Below, piece after piece: positions 9,991 to 19,445 of a stretch of 64,000 nucleotides of DNA. Every line of letters begins with the position of its first letter. Position 1 is the stretch's first letter. The notes under the pieces were generated by a model. The model was not told where the DNA came from. It did no database searches and saw only the letters and a list, made by a program, of their open reading frames with translations. The position numbers were made by a program, and so were the translations under genes. Source of the stretch: Flavobacteriaceae bacterium (GTDB lineage Bacteria; Bacteroidota; Bacteroidia; Flavobacteriales; Flavobacteriaceae); the NCBI GenBank assembly GCA_024762795.1, contig JANTGS010000004.1:4114-68113 (forward strand), in the 5' to 3' direction.

Positions 9991-10044
9991 ATGACTGAGT
10001 TTCCCTTTGAAATAACATTAACAATTCACAACATTGTTAATCTA

Positions 10045-10479
10045 TTACAAATACATACGCATATACCTGTGTAAGATACCAACTTCCTCAAAAGCATTAC
10101 CAAATACGGTAAATCCAAATAGTTTATAGAACTCAACTACATCAGACCTCGAATGGATCTCGATCTCTTTTACAGAATTATCCTTACAAAAACCGATCAG
10201 ATCCTCCACAAGCAATTTTCCAATACCTTTTCCCTGAAAATCTGTATCAACAGCCATTTGAATCAGTTGAACTTTCGATTTTTGATCGTTAAGTGGAACC
10301 AAAACAACGCAACCGATCACATTATTCTCATTAACAGCAACAAAATGCCATGATCCGGAATCGTACATTTCCCAGCCAAAATCAGGCACTCCAATGGGAC
10401 GTAAAAGAATCCTGTTTCTCAAAGCTCTTTCCTGCTGATAGAGTGGATTTTTAGTTGATATCCTCTTAATGTTAATCAT
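10045..10479 (-). CDS. GNAT family N-acetyltransferase
   Basis: QMAVDTDFQGKGIGKLLVE acetyl-CoA binding motif. Start placed at ATG 10479 (MINIKRIS), 4 nt after the upstream gene's stop. Confidence 0.75.
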   Translation of the reverse strand: MINIKRISTKNPLYQQERALRNRILLRPIGVPDFGWEMYDSGSWHFVAVNENNVIGCVVLVPLNDQKSKVQLIQMAVDTDFQGKGIGKLLVEDLIGFCKDNSVKEIEIHSRSDVVEFYKLFGFTVFGNAFEEVGILHRYMRMYL

Positions 10480-10483
10480 ACAT

Positions 10484-12418
10484 CTAGAAGAATTTTTTTG
10501 ACAAAATTTCCAGGTTCTTTTTCTTTGGAACATCCTGAGCTGAATTATTATACATCAGATCGATGTGGTCTTTGTATTGCTCTGTAATTTTATGCCGAAC
10601 CATTTTTAATGTAGAATTTATCAGATGATTTTCTTCTGAAAAAACATCTTCGATCACCTGAAAATTAGAAGGGATCCATTTGGAAGGGAATTTTCCTTTA
10701 AATTCAGGTTGTTGCCCGAACAAAAGCAATTCTTTTCCGAGTTTATCGAGTAGTTTTTCCGGATTAGGTTTAGCTTGCTTTTTTACCCATTGCTTCACTT
10801 TAGCCTCCTCTAAAGTAATTAAAGCTGTAGTAAATTTATTATGATCATTATAGATCATCACCTGATGGATAAGTTCAGAACTGTTTACAATAGCTTCTTC
10901 AATTTCTTCGGGAGAATATTTTTCTCCGTCTTCTGATATCAATAAGGCTTTTGATCTTCCTACCACTACTAAGAAATCATCCTGATCAAAATATCCGAGA
11001 TCTCCGGTGTACAACCAACCCCCTTTTAACGATTTTTCCGTAGCTTCAGGATTTTTATAATACCCTTTCATCACATTATCCCCTTGTATAACGATCTCTC
11101 CCTTTTCTCCTTTCTTTACTTCAACTCCTTCTTCATCACAGATTTTACAGGAAATATTTCCTAAAACCTTTCCGGAAGTCCCCATTTTATACTGAAATGG
11201 GGTATTGGTTGAGATAATCGGGGTTGCTTCGGTTAAACCGTAACCCTGATACACCGGCACACCTATAGCTTTATAAAACTGTTGCTGTTTGATATCGAGC
11301 AAGGCACCACCACCTACAAAGAATTCAATATTCTTGCCCCATATCTCCCTAAGCTTCTTAAAGATCATTTTCTCAGCCAGCATATAAGGAAAATAAGTAG
11401 CCATCTGCACAGAAGTACCCGGCTTGGTAAACCCATCACCATTTCTCCTGATCGCCGCTTCGAGTCCGCGATTAAAAATTCCTTCAATCATCGAACCTTT
11501 TCCATGTATTCCCTCTTTGATCTTATTGATAAAATTACTGGTAAGTGCAGGAACGGTTAACAAAAAATGCGGATTGGCTTCAACAAGATTCTTAGGAATA
11601 TTTTTTAAAGCGTTCATACCACCTCCGCGAGCATCGACAAAAAACAGGGACAAGCCTTTTACCAGACCGGTATAAATTCCAACTGTATGAGCAAAAGAAT
11701 GATCGGTTGGTAAAATGATCAAAGTGGAAATATTCTCTTTGATCTTAAAAGTATTAACCGCTTCGTGAGAATTTGAATAGTAGTTGAGATGAGTTAACAT
11801 GATCCCTTTGGGGTTGCCGGTTGTACCGGATGTATAAGAAATAGTAACTACATCATCTTCACTGATATTCCTTTCTATCTCTTTGATCTTAGGTAAATTT
11901 TTATCTAAGTTCTCTTTTCCCAGCTTATAAAGTTCCTCAATATAAATCAGCTTTTTCTCATCAAAATTGTACTTTTTACACAGTTTTTTTATCTTTTCTG
12001 AAGGCCGGTCTAAAACCACCAGCTTTAGAAGATTGTATTCATACTTATCAAAATGACTGATCACTTTTTCAAGGGTATTTTCAGAAATAAAGAAAAGTTT
12101 TGTATCGGAATGATTTATCCTAAAAGGAATTTCCTCGGGGAGTAGTTTAATCGACAGCGGCACCATGGTAGCTCCGCTATATAATGCTCCAAATTCTGAG
12201 ATGATCCAGTCGGCCTTTGCTTCTGATAAAATAGCGATCTTATCCTGATAAACCATTCCGGTCTCGATCAAGGATGAAGCCAGCTCAAGTGCTTTTTCTC
12301 TGACCTGTCTGAAAGTTGTACTTGCCCATCCATAGTCATCTTTCTGACTTAAATAAGGCTTATCTGCATACTTTTCTGCAGCCCGGTTGATCATTTTAAA
12401 AATGGTTTGTTTACTCAT
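10484..12418 (-). CDS. Long-chain-fatty-acid--CoA ligase (AMP-dependent synthetase)
   Basis: YTSGTTGNPKGIMLTH AMP-binding signature and GYGLTE motif. Start at ATG 12418 (MSKQTIFKMINRAAEKY). Confidence 0.85.
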   Translation of the reverse strand: MSKQTIFKMINRAAEKYADKPYLSQKDDYGWASTTFRQVREKALELASSLIETGMVYQDKIAILSEAKADWIISEFGALYSGATMVPLSIKLLPEEIPFRINHSDTKLFFISENTLEKVISHFDKYEYNLLKLVVLDRPSEKIKKLCKKYNFDEKKLIYIEELYKLGKENLDKNLPKIKEIERNISEDDVVTISYTSGTTGNPKGIMLTHLNYYSNSHEAVNTFKIKENISTLIILPTDHSFAHTVGIYTGLVKGLSLFFVDARGGGMNALKNIPKNLVEANPHFLLTVPALTSNFINKIKEGIHGKGSMIEGIFNRGLEAAIRRNGDGFTKPGTSVQMATYFPYMLAEKMIFKKLREIWGKNIEFFVGGGALLDIKQQQFYKAIGVPVYQGYGLTEATPIISTNTPFQYKMGTSGKVLGNISCKICDEEGVEVKKGEKGEIVIQGDNVMKGYYKNPEATEKSLKGGWLYTGDLGYFDQDDFLVVVGRSKALLISEDGEKYSPEEIEEAIVNSSELIHQVMIYNDHNKFTTALITLEEAKVKQWVKKQAKPNPEKLLDKLGKELLLFGQQPEFKGKFPSKWIPSNFQVIEDVFSEENHLINSTLKMVRHKITEQYKDHIDLMYNNSAQDVPKKKNLEILSKKFF

Positions 12419-12553
12419 AAGGCTTGGTTTTTTATAAAACAAAAATACATTGTTTTTTTAAAATGAATTTTTGGTATAAAAATAAGATACCCAATGAGCA
12501 AACAATTTTCAATAAAAGCTATCGTTTGATAATGATTGTAACATCATTTTCAA

Positions 12554-12561
12554 TATATTTG
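12554..12561 (+). promoter_or_regulatory. Putative -7 promoter box
   Basis: TATATTTG matches TAnnTTTG, 33 nt upstream of ATG 12595. Confidence 0.4.
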
Positions 12562-12594
12562 AAATGCAAATTATTATAACTTAAAATTTTTTAT

Positions 12595-12996
12595 ATGAAA
12601 TGGTTTTTAATGGCGTTAAAAAAATACGCCGAATTTAACGGAAGATCAAGAAGAAAAGAATACTGGATGTTTGTCCTGTTTCAAATGATCTTTGCAATTG
12701 TTGCTATGTCTCTTGACAATCTTTTTGGGTTGGCATATGAAAACATAGGCTATGGTCCCATCTATGGAGTATTTGGTTTAACCATGTTTATACCAGGTTT
12801 GGCAGTTAGTATCAGGCGTTTACACGATGTCGACAAAAGTGGATGGATGATGCTTATTGCTTTAATCCCACTTATTGGAGCCATTTGGTTACTCGTACTT
12901 TTCGTTACTGAAGGAACCAGAGGTCCAAACAAATATGGCCCGGATCCAAAGAATTTAGATAATGAACTGGATCAAATCGGTGTAGTTCAGGAATAA
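12595..12996 (+). CDS. DUF805 inner-membrane protein
   Basis: FNGRSRRKEYWMFVLF and SIRRLHD motifs; 3-4 predicted TM segments. Confidence 0.75.
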   Translation: MKWFLMALKKYAEFNGRSRRKEYWMFVLFQMIFAIVAMSLDNLFGLAYENIGYGPIYGVFGLTMFIPGLAVSIRRLHDVDKSGWMMLIALIPLIGAIWLLVLFVTEGTRGPNKYGPDPKNLDNELDQIGVVQE

Positions 12997-13006
12997 TTCA
13001 AGAAAT

Positions 13007-13064
13007 AAAAAAAAAGATCCTCTTCAGGTGATTCAGGAAGCAATCCAAGTCGATCTGAAGAGGA
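13007..13064 (+). terminator. Rho-independent terminator (possibly bidirectional)
   Basis: 11-bp perfect stem ATCCTCTTCAG (13007-13017) / CTGAAGAGGAT (13045-13055), followed by a T9 run and preceded by an A-run. Confidence 0.65.
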
Positions 13065-13074
13065 TTTTTTTTTG

Positions 13075-13335
13075 TCAGCCAATTGTTAATTTGACCACTT
13101 TTCCCTATTCGTTTAATAAAAAAACTATTTTACAAAGCTATACAGAGAATCACTGAGTTACTCAGAGAAATCTTGACTCATACCTTGCATAAAGGCGGGT
13201 TTGAGTTTCGAAATTTTCCTCCTGCAGATTTCGCTAATAAACGCAAATTATCATCAAACTGCTGTAAGTTCTAAGCTATATGCTATAAGCAATTTTAAAT
13301 TTTAAATCTTGAATTTTAATTTCATAAAATTCTGT
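13075..13335 (-). repeat. Mosaic GC-rich interspersed repeat, reverse orientation
   Basis: The reverse complement carries CAAGATTTAAAATTTAAAATTGCTTATAGCATA, TAATTTGCGTTTATTAGCGAAATCTGCAGGAG, TCAAACCCGCC and TGAGTAACTCAGTGATTCTC in the same order as 9756-9950. Confidence 0.75.
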
Positions 13336-13347
13336 TTGTCAGATCGT

Positions 13348-14103
13348 TTACATATTTCCGGTAAAATAGTTGTAATCTTTAATAATGGTTTCAATAAAAT
13401 CTATGGTACTCGAAACTTTAGGCTCTTCGCCAGTTACCTGTTCTATTTTATTTTTTAGGGCAAGAAGTGTTTTTTTATCGCCTGTTAATTTAGACCTTTT
13501 ATAATTTTCCTTAATAATTCGCACATCATTATCGGACAGTTTAATTACTGAGGCATAGGTAGGCACGTAATCTTCCCGAAGATCTTCTAATATGGTATGT
13601 TTGATATTGATCTTGTTCTTTTTGCTGATCACAGCTGTTCCTGATGCAAGTCCGCCCAGTCGCTGCTGAGTTTTGGTACTTCCTATTGTGGCTAGTCCAA
13701 TAATCCCCATAAAAAGATTTACATCGATAATGCGCAGGATCCAGCGGATAAAGTAATCGACAAATCCTGCCTGATAGCCATCAATTTTTACTACCTGAGT
13801 TTTTACGATCCTTTTCCCAATGGTTTGCCCGTTCACAAAGGTTTCCATCAATAAAGTATAAAAGATTACCGGCGACCCTATAATAATGATCAGTGCAAAC
13901 ATAGACCAGCCATCTTCACCTGCAACATCTTGAAATAGAAAATTTCCAATCTCAGTCAGGCTGAATAATAGCCATATCACAACAACAATGTAAGCAGTTT
14001 TAATGATCGTATCCAAAATCCAACCCAAGATACGCTCACCGATCTCAGCAGCCTTAAAATTAATAGTTACATTTTGGGTGGTGGTTATTTGTATATCTGC
14101 CAT
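13348..14103 (-). CDS. RDD family membrane protein
   Basis: RILGWILDTIIK near the N-terminus, three hydrophobic segments, and a soluble ~90-aa C-terminal extension. Confidence 0.65.
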   Translation of the reverse strand: MADIQITTTQNVTINFKAAEIGERILGWILDTIIKTAYIVVVIWLLFSLTEIGNFLFQDVAGEDGWSMFALIIIIGSPVIFYTLLMETFVNGQTIGKRIVKTQVVKIDGYQAGFVDYFIRWILRIIDVNLFMGIIGLATIGSTKTQQRLGGLASGTAVISKKNKINIKHTILEDLREDYVPTYASVIKLSDNDVRIIKENYKRSKLTGDKKTLLALKNKIEQVTGEEPKVSSTIDFIETIIKDYNYFTGNM

Positions 14104-14126
14104 TAATTCAATTAATTTGTTACCCT

Positions 14127-15107
14127 ATGAGAGAGGTCGCATTTATTAAGCAAAATAAAGAAAAATGGTTGCAATTTGAAAATGCAATCCAACAAAAAAC
14201 ACACAACGACCCCGATGAACTTGCCGAATTGTATTTGCATCTGATCAATGATCTTGCTTATGCACAAACTTATTATAAAAAAAGCAAACTAGTTATATAT
14301 CTTAATGATTTAGTTGTAAAAGTTTATCAAAAGATCTATAAAACCAAACGGGAAAACTCCAATGCTTTTATCAATTTCTTTAAAACAGAGGTTCCGCTTC
14401 TGGTTTATTCTTATCGAAGGTATATTTTTTACGCCTTTGTCCTTTTTATTATTTCTGTTCTGATAGGAGTGATCTCTGCCATGCGTGAGGAATCCTTTGT
14501 AAGACTCATTCTGGGAAATACTTATGTCAACCAAACGCTGGTGAATATTGAAAAAGGAGATCCGGTAGCGGTTTATGCTTCCGCCTCCAACTGGGGAAGT
14601 TTTATTGGTATAACATTTAACAATATCAAAGTGGGGCTTACCGGATATGTTTATGGGGTAACCGGAGGAATTGGTACTGCCTATGTTTTATTACAAAACG
14701 GGATCATGCTGGGAGCTTTTCAATATTTTTTTGCCCAGCACGGTGTGTTCTGGCAAAGTGTAAAAGGAATCTGGTTACACGGATCTATGGAGATTTTTGC
14801 TATTGTTATTGAAGGAGCCGCCGGATTGATCCTCGGAGCCAGCATCTTATTCCCCGGCACACGATCAAGGCTGAGCTCTTTTAAACAGGGTATGCGTGAT
14901 AGTTTGAAGATCGTGATCAGCACTTTTCCATTTACGATTGCTGCAGCTTTTATTGAAGGCTATATTTCACGCTATGCCAAAGAAATGCCTCATTTTTTAG
15001 CTATCATCATCATCTTGGGCACCTTAAGTTTCATCTCTTTTTATTACATGATCTATCCTTTCAGAGTTCATAAAAAGATCAATCAGATCATCGCTCTTGA
15101 AAAATAA
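14127..15107 (+). CDS. SpoIIM-like (DUF95) integral membrane protein
   Basis: 326 aa. Soluble helical N-terminus, then ~6 TM segments with HGSMEIFAIVIEGAAG, typical of the stage II sporulation protein M family. Confidence 0.6.
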   Translation: MREVAFIKQNKEKWLQFENAIQQKTHNDPDELAELYLHLINDLAYAQTYYKKSKLVIYLNDLVVKVYQKIYKTKRENSNAFINFFKTEVPLLVYSYRRYIFYAFVLFIISVLIGVISAMREESFVRLILGNTYVNQTLVNIEKGDPVAVYASASNWGSFIGITFNNIKVGLTGYVYGVTGGIGTAYVLLQNGIMLGAFQYFFAQHGVFWQSVKGIWLHGSMEIFAIVIEGAAGLILGASILFPGTRSRLSSFKQGMRDSLKIVISTFPFTIAAAFIEGYISRYAKEMPHFLAIIIILGTLSFISFYYMIYPFRVHKKINQIIALEK

Positions 15108-15822
15108 AACGCTCCTTTTTCTGCTGATCCTAATGGTGAACTTCTTTACCTCAGATTTATATGCTCAAAATACTTTTGGAAAAATTGATTCTGTTCCTGC
15201 TCAGGTCAGAACAATTGACAAGAATTATAAGGAGAAATATTTAAATAACCCTAATTTTAACTACTCAAGAAGTCCGTCATTTCTGACCAGAATAAGACAA
15301 TGGATGATCTCTAAAATTATCGAATTCTTCAACACTTCAGATGTAGATGCCGCTAAGATCTTCAGAACGATCAAAATAACCTTCTATGTTATTATTTTAC
15401 TGGGAGTAATTTATATTCTGATCAAACTATTCCTCAATAAAGAAATGAGATGGATCTTTAAAAAGAATCCCGATTCCGGCCAGACCGAATTCAAGAGTAT
15501 TGTTGAAGATATCAGCGAAGTTGATTTTAAAGAATTGATCGACAAAGCAATAAGCTATGAAAATTATCGCCTGGCCATCAGGTATTATTATTTATGGTTG
15601 TTAAAAGGACTCGACAAAGCTTCTTTGATCCAATACGATGTGGAAAAGACCAATTACGATTATCAGGAGGAACTTTCACATTCAACTTTTTCAGAGGATT
15701 TTAAACGGGCATCTTACTATTATTCTTATATCTGGTACGGGGAATTCCTTATCGGAGAAAAAGAATTCAGCACCACCTCAGCTGTTTACGATAAACTTTT
15801 AAAACAGATCAGAAATGTCTAA
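15097..15822 (+). CDS. DUF4129-like membrane-anchored protein
   Basis: Signal/anchor, central TM, and C-terminal YRLAIRYYYLWLLKGL..YGEF pattern resembling DUF4129. The start is a TTG overlapping the previous gene by 11 nt; the alternative ATG is 12 codons downstream. Confidence 0.5.
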   Translation: MKNKTLLFLLILMVNFFTSDLYAQNTFGKIDSVPAQVRTIDKNYKEKYLNNPNFNYSRSPSFLTRIRQWMISKIIEFFNTSDVDAAKIFRTIKITFYVIILLGVIYILIKLFLNKEMRWIFKKNPDSGQTEFKSIVEDISEVDFKELIDKAISYENYRLAIRYYYLWLLKGLDKASLIQYDVEKTNYDYQEELSHSTFSEDFKRASYYYSYIWYGEFLIGEKEFSTTSAVYDKLLKQIRNV

Positions 15823-16993
15823 AAGAGGAAAAATAATCGCAACAATAGTTGTACTGCTTGCCATTTTTATAGTAAGCAGTGGCGATGAACCTCTTGACTG
15901 GACCCCTGAATATAATGAAACCGGTGTAAAACCATTGGATTTAAAGATCTTTTTTGATGAATTACCGGCATTATTCGGCGATCAGCCTGTAAGAAAAGTT
16001 TATACCACTTTTTACGAATATAAAAAAGAAGGTTTTTTAGATACCCTACAAACCGGACAAAACTATATCAATATCTCCGATAAATTTGCAATGGATAAGG
16101 TCTCTTTTAACGATCTGCTCAACTTTATAGGAGAAGGTAATACCGCTTTTATATCGGCAAGAAACTTTCCTTCATTCTTAAAAGATACGCTGAAATTCAA
16201 AATAAGTTACGACCCGATTCCTGTAACGGTAAGAAAGAATGAGCTCGGTTATTACCATACGAGTGCAAAACTGAATTATGAAAGTAAATTAAAGGAAAAT
16301 GTAAGTTTTATTAAAGATTCTACAACTTTTAAAAAACTAGGCTATATGATCGACAGGAAGGATAAGAAACAAATAGATCTTATTGCCATTCCTTTTCAAA
16401 AAGGCCTGATCTATATTCACACGCATCCCGAGATCTTTAGCAATTATCAGTTGATGGAAGCTAAAAATACAGATTATATCAATACACTGATCTCCTATTT
16501 ACCAGAGGGTCCGGTCTATTTTAACCGGAATATAAAACAGGATCCGAATTTAAGTAACAGCCCGTTAAGATATATTTTATCTCAGCCTGCTTTAAAATGG
16601 GCATGGTATCTGGGATTGATTGGCATCGGATTATTCATGTACTTTAACGGAAAAAGACGGCAACGTGTGATACCTGAAATTCAACCCAAATCCAATACCA
16701 CCACCGAGTTTGTAAAGACCATGAGTAATTTGTACCTTGAAACTGAAGAGTACAACAATATTATCCAGAAGGAGATCACCTATTTTTTAGAGCATGTAAG
16801 GAATAAATATTACCTGACCACTGAGAATCTCGACGAAAAATTTATCAAAAAACTGGCTTTAAAATCGGGTAATGATATCGAAGAGGTCAGATCACTGGTC
16901 ATCATGATCTCTAAAATGAGGGATCTAAAATTCACAACCAAAACACCGCTGATCAATCTTCATAAAAAGATAGAAGCATTTTACAAAAAATAA
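15815..16993 (+). CDS. DUF4350-like protein
   Basis: 392 aa. N-terminal TM, large extracytoplasmic domain, second TM (WAWYLGLIGIGLFMYF), then a cytoplasmic tail. The position between DUF4129 and MoxR is the usual one for DUF4350. 8-nt overlap with the upstream gene. Confidence 0.5.
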   Translation: MSKRGKIIATIVVLLAIFIVSSGDEPLDWTPEYNETGVKPLDLKIFFDELPALFGDQPVRKVYTTFYEYKKEGFLDTLQTGQNYINISDKFAMDKVSFNDLLNFIGEGNTAFISARNFPSFLKDTLKFKISYDPIPVTVRKNELGYYHTSAKLNYESKLKENVSFIKDSTTFKKLGYMIDRKDKKQIDLIAIPFQKGLIYIHTHPEIFSNYQLMEAKNTDYINTLISYLPEGPVYFNRNIKQDPNLSNSPLRYILSQPALKWAWYLGLIGIGLFMYFNGKRRQRVIPEIQPKSNTTTEFVKTMSNLYLETEEYNNIIQKEITYFLEHVRNKYYLTTENLDEKFIKKLALKSGNDIEEVRSLVIMISKMRDLKFTTKTPLINLHKKIEAFYKK

Positions 16994-17003
16994 CTAATTA
17001 GAT

Positions 17004-17981
17004 ATGGAAAAAGACATACATTTTGAAAACCGGCTGGACCTGGAAGAACTGCAAAAAAGTGTAGCACTGATCAAAACAGAAATTGCAAAAGTGATCGTTG
17101 GTCAGAAAGAACTGGTCAATTTACTCATCACCGCCTTACTGGCCGAGGGTCATGTACTGCTGGAAGGTGTACCGGGAGTTGCCAAAACCATTACAGCCAA
17201 ATTACTGGCAAAATCGCTTAACGTTGACTTTAGCAGAATTCAGTTTACACCCGATCTTATGCCTTCGGATGTACTAGGAACCTCAGTTTTTAATTTAAAA
17301 GAATCGGAGTTCGAGTTTAAAAAAGGGCCGGTTTTTTCAAATATTATCCTTACGGATGAGATCAATAGAGCGCCGGCAAAAACACAGGCTGCCTTGTTTG
17401 AGGTGATGGAAGAACATCAGATTACCATAGACGGACAAAAATATATCATGGAGGAACCTTATATGATCCTCGCTACTCAAAACCCGATAGAACAGGAAGG
17501 AACCTATCGTTTGCCTGAAGCCCAGCTCGATCGTTTTTTGTTTAAGATCACTATTGATTACCCAAATCTGGAGGAAGAAATTGAAATCATTACCCGGGAG
17601 CACAAACTAAAAACCACTAAGCTCGAAAAGATCACCCATAACCTGAACAAAGAAAAGATCATCAAATATCAAAAACTGATAAAAGATATTGTGGTAGAAC
17701 CGCATCTGATCAAATATATTGCTGAGATCGTGGCAAATACCCGTACCAATCCGTTCCTGTATCTCGGCGCTTCTCCCAGAGCTTCACTGGCCATGTTAAA
17801 AGCCGGAAAAGCCTATGCGGCGATCAACGGAAGAGATTTTGTTACTCCCGAGGATATTAAGAAAATTGCCCTGCCCATCCTGCAACACAGAGTGATCATC
17901 ACTCCAGAAAGGGAGATGGAAGGAATTACAAGCTCACAGATCATCAACGACATTTTACAAACTATAGAAATACCCAGATAA
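17004..17981 (+). CDS. MoxR-family AAA+ ATPase
   Basis: Walker A GVPGVAKT, Walker B LTDEINRA, and TQNPIEQEGTYRLPEAQLDRF typical of the AAA_3/MoxR family. Confidence 0.9.
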   Translation: MEKDIHFENRLDLEELQKSVALIKTEIAKVIVGQKELVNLLITALLAEGHVLLEGVPGVAKTITAKLLAKSLNVDFSRIQFTPDLMPSDVLGTSVFNLKESEFEFKKGPVFSNIILTDEINRAPAKTQAALFEVMEEHQITIDGQKYIMEEPYMILATQNPIEQEGTYRLPEAQLDRFLFKITIDYPNLEEEIEIITREHKLKTTKLEKITHNLNKEKIIKYQKLIKDIVVEPHLIKYIAEIVANTRTNPFLYLGASPRASLAMLKAGKAYAAINGRDFVTPEDIKKIALPILQHRVIITPEREMEGITSSQIINDILQTIEIPR

Positions 17982-17995
17982 TCATCTATAGAACA

Positions 17996-19366
17996 GTGAA
18001 TACTAAAACTGAAAAAAAGTTAGAAAATAAATTGATACAGTTCTTTAAACAACTGTATCTCAGGAGTCGTTTCTTTTATATTCTTATTGGAAATGTTGTA
18101 CTTTTTATCATTGCATTTATTATTCCCGGTTTTTTCTTAACGGCACAACTAGCACTACTTACTACTTTCATTTTTCTAATTATCGATATCTTTATTCTAT
18201 TTTCAAATAAGTACAAACTTGAAGCGGAAAGAATTTTACCTGAAAAATTTTCTAATGGAGATAAGAATTCTGTTTCTGTAAAACTGAGAAATAATTATAA
18301 TGTATTGATTCACTGTATTTTGATAGACGAATTACCCTTTCAATTTCAAAGCAGGGATTTCAAAATTATACAGGAGATTGAATCAGGGAAACGTATCAAG
18401 ACCGAATATGAAGTCACTCCTTCCGAACGGGGTGAATACCACTTTGGCGATCTGAATATCTATGCAGGAACCGTTTTAGGCCTGGCCTCTAAAAGATATA
18501 TTTTTAACAGTGGACAAATGGTAAAAACATATCCGGGATTTTTAAAGTTAAGGGAATTTGATCTTTTCTCGATCAAAAATCTGGCGCATTATTACGGTAT
18601 TAAAAAGATCAGAAGAATAGGAAACTCTTTTGAATTTGAACAGATCAAAAGATATATTCAGGGAGATAATATAAAAGATATCAACTGGAAAGCCACAGCC
18701 AAAAAAAATAAACTCATGGTAAATCAGTTTCAGGATGAGAGGGCGCAACAGGTCTATTCCATCATTGATAAGGGCAGAATGATGAAAATGCCTTTTGACC
18801 AACTGACTCTGCTCGATCATGCCATCAATGCTTCTTTGGTAATCAGCAATGTGGCACTTGGAAAACAGGATAAGGCCGGTGTTTTTTCCTTTTCAAAACG
18901 GACAGATAATTTTGTGGTAGCCGAAAGAAGAAATTCACAAATGAATCTGATCCTGGAATCGCTGTACAATGTTTCTACAGACTTTTTCGAATCTGATTTT
19001 GGCAATTTGTATGGTGCGATCAAAAGACATGTAACACAACGGAGTTTACTGTTATTATATACTAATTTTGAAGGACTTGATTCGGTACGACGACAAATGA
19101 ATTATTTAAGGGCGATAAACAAAAGTCATTTACTGGTTGTAATCTTTTTTCAAAATACCGAACTGAAACTACTTACCAAGCAAACAGCACGAACTACTCA
19201 GGAGATCTTTGATAAAGTGATCGCCGAAAAATTTGTTTACGACAAAAGACTGATCGTATCAGAATTGAATACTTTTGGTATTCAAACCCTTCTTACAACA
19301 CCTAAAAATCTCACCATAGATACCATCAATAAATACCTGGAAATTAAATCGAAAGGTCTCTTATAA
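17996..19366 (+). CDS. DUF58 domain protein (MoxR partner)
   Basis: Two N-terminal TM segments and FEQIKRYIQGDNIKDINWKATAK, the DUF58 signature. GTG start. Confidence 0.8.
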   Translation: MNTKTEKKLENKLIQFFKQLYLRSRFFYILIGNVVLFIIAFIIPGFFLTAQLALLTTFIFLIIDIFILFSNKYKLEAERILPEKFSNGDKNSVSVKLRNNYNVLIHCILIDELPFQFQSRDFKIIQEIESGKRIKTEYEVTPSERGEYHFGDLNIYAGTVLGLASKRYIFNSGQMVKTYPGFLKLREFDLFSIKNLAHYYGIKKIRRIGNSFEFEQIKRYIQGDNIKDINWKATAKKNKLMVNQFQDERAQQVYSIIDKGRMMKMPFDQLTLLDHAINASLVISNVALGKQDKAGVFSFSKRTDNFVVAERRNSQMNLILESLYNVSTDFFESDFGNLYGAIKRHVTQRSLLLLYTNFEGLDSVRRQMNYLRAINKSHLLVVIFFQNTELKLLTKQTARTTQEIFDKVIAEKFVYDKRLIVSELNTFGIQTLLTTPKNLTIDTINKYLEIKSKGLL

Positions 19367-19445
19367 TTTTAACTTTTTTTTGATATAAATAGTTAAGAAA
19401 GTTTGCTGAATTTTTATAGATTTGGTCACCTTAAAATTTTTAAAG

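Noticed and set aside
9507-10044. Possible CRISPR array, because of the 28-nt perfect direct repeat with 149-bp spacing.
   Set aside because: There are only two copies, the spacing is far larger than CRISPR spacers, no cas genes are present, and the intervening sequence is itself part of a dispersed repeat unit.
10480-10533. Longer GNAT ORF start overlapping the 3' end of the acyl-CoA synthetase gene.
   Set aside because: The ATG at 10479 gives a normal GNAT N-terminus and a 4-nt intergenic gap. The extension would overlap the upstream gene by 50 nt.
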